From Catajapyx aquilonaris (Eukaryota), in assembly GCA_000934665.2 (NCBI GenBank), contig JYFJ02000694.1, forward strand, positions 1 to 64,000: a stretch of DNA of 64,000 nt, in the 5' to 3' direction. Position 1 is the first letter of the stretch, and every line of letters begins with the position of its first letter. A program made the position numbers and the translations under genes. Shown piece by piece: positions 63,398 to 64,000 of the stretch. The notes under the pieces are model-generated. The model was not told where the DNA came from. It did no database searches and worked only from the letters and a program-made list of their open reading frames with translations.

Positions 63398-64000
63398 GTA
63401 TCGGTTTAACAAGTAGTTGTCCTCGTCGATAGCAAGTTGATTCACATAATGCATGTTTGTATGCTCGTCCATTGATAATGTATGTGAATCAAGTTGTAGG
63501 GTACATTAATTAAGCTGGCACCTGTAAGGGTCAGGAGGCGTAAAACGTGGTAGATTATTATCAGCAGTGGTAATGTACAGTACATGCGCACTCCACAAGT
63601 CCACATATTAGGAACTGCCTATGGGAGATACACAATGCATAATTAATTATAGGGAGTAAATTACGTTTCACCCCTGGCACAGCATTGAAAAATAATAAGT
63701 GTTGTAGCCTACTGTATACAGTACAAAGAACCTATATACCCCATTTAAAAAAAACCACTTCTATTTGTAACAGATAACAAAGCATAAAAGAATATTATGC
63801 TTATGTGCATCAAGGATTACAATGCAATTAAATTCCCTGCTCTCATTGGCCAGGCCAGGACATAAACGAAAAAGGGAAGGGGTATGAAATGGGATGAATA
63901 TTCTATTTGCTCGTTATCAACTTATATATTTTTTAAACTTTTTAAACTTTGTCGCTTAAATTGACCAATTGCAAAATGAAATTAAGTGCGACGCTGGCTA

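Noticed and set aside
1..64000. Prokaryote-type systems (CRISPR arrays, operons, rRNA genes)
   Set aside because: No regularly spaced repeat-spacer array, rRNA-like sequence or dense unspliced genes; the window is spliceosomal-intron eukaryotic DNA.

Overview
Intron-containing animal DNA, most likely from an arthropod (inferred from the inotocin-type receptor, the EB-module protein and the SINE types; the taxon cannot be fixed from this window). I assembled six spliced protein-coding genes by hand, checking GT/AG junctions and reading phase. (1) The first coding exon of a glutathione synthetase paralog (minus, 1458-1542), which runs off the left edge. (2) A complete 8-exon glutathione synthetase (minus, 5225-11419, 489 aa). 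(3) An AKAP14/AKAP28-like gene (minus, 15498-17949, about 330 aa). (4) A secreted PAN/apple plus F-type-lectin protein (plus, 21023-24007, 291 aa). (5) An oxytocin/vasopressin (inotocin)-type GPCR (plus, 34919-38712, 466 aa). (6) A secreted EB-repeat protein that probably continues into an LDLa module (plus, from 57508 off the right edge). Repeats include a 952-bp TTAA-flanked fold-back element with ~450-bp arms (Sola3-like), Harbinger, Tc1/mariner, Tigger-like and hAT MITEs or remnants, tRNA-derived SINEs and microsatellites. The best lead is the tandem GSS pair: the complete copy has GGVVAG instead of GGVAAG in the A-loop, the loop whose change produced homoglutathione synthetase after tandem duplication in legumes. 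Other notable points are a fucolectin domain lacking its fucose-binding motif and a CpG-depleted domain over the three left-hand genes with CpG islands at their promoters. All family assignments rest on motifs recognised from memory; no database search was run.
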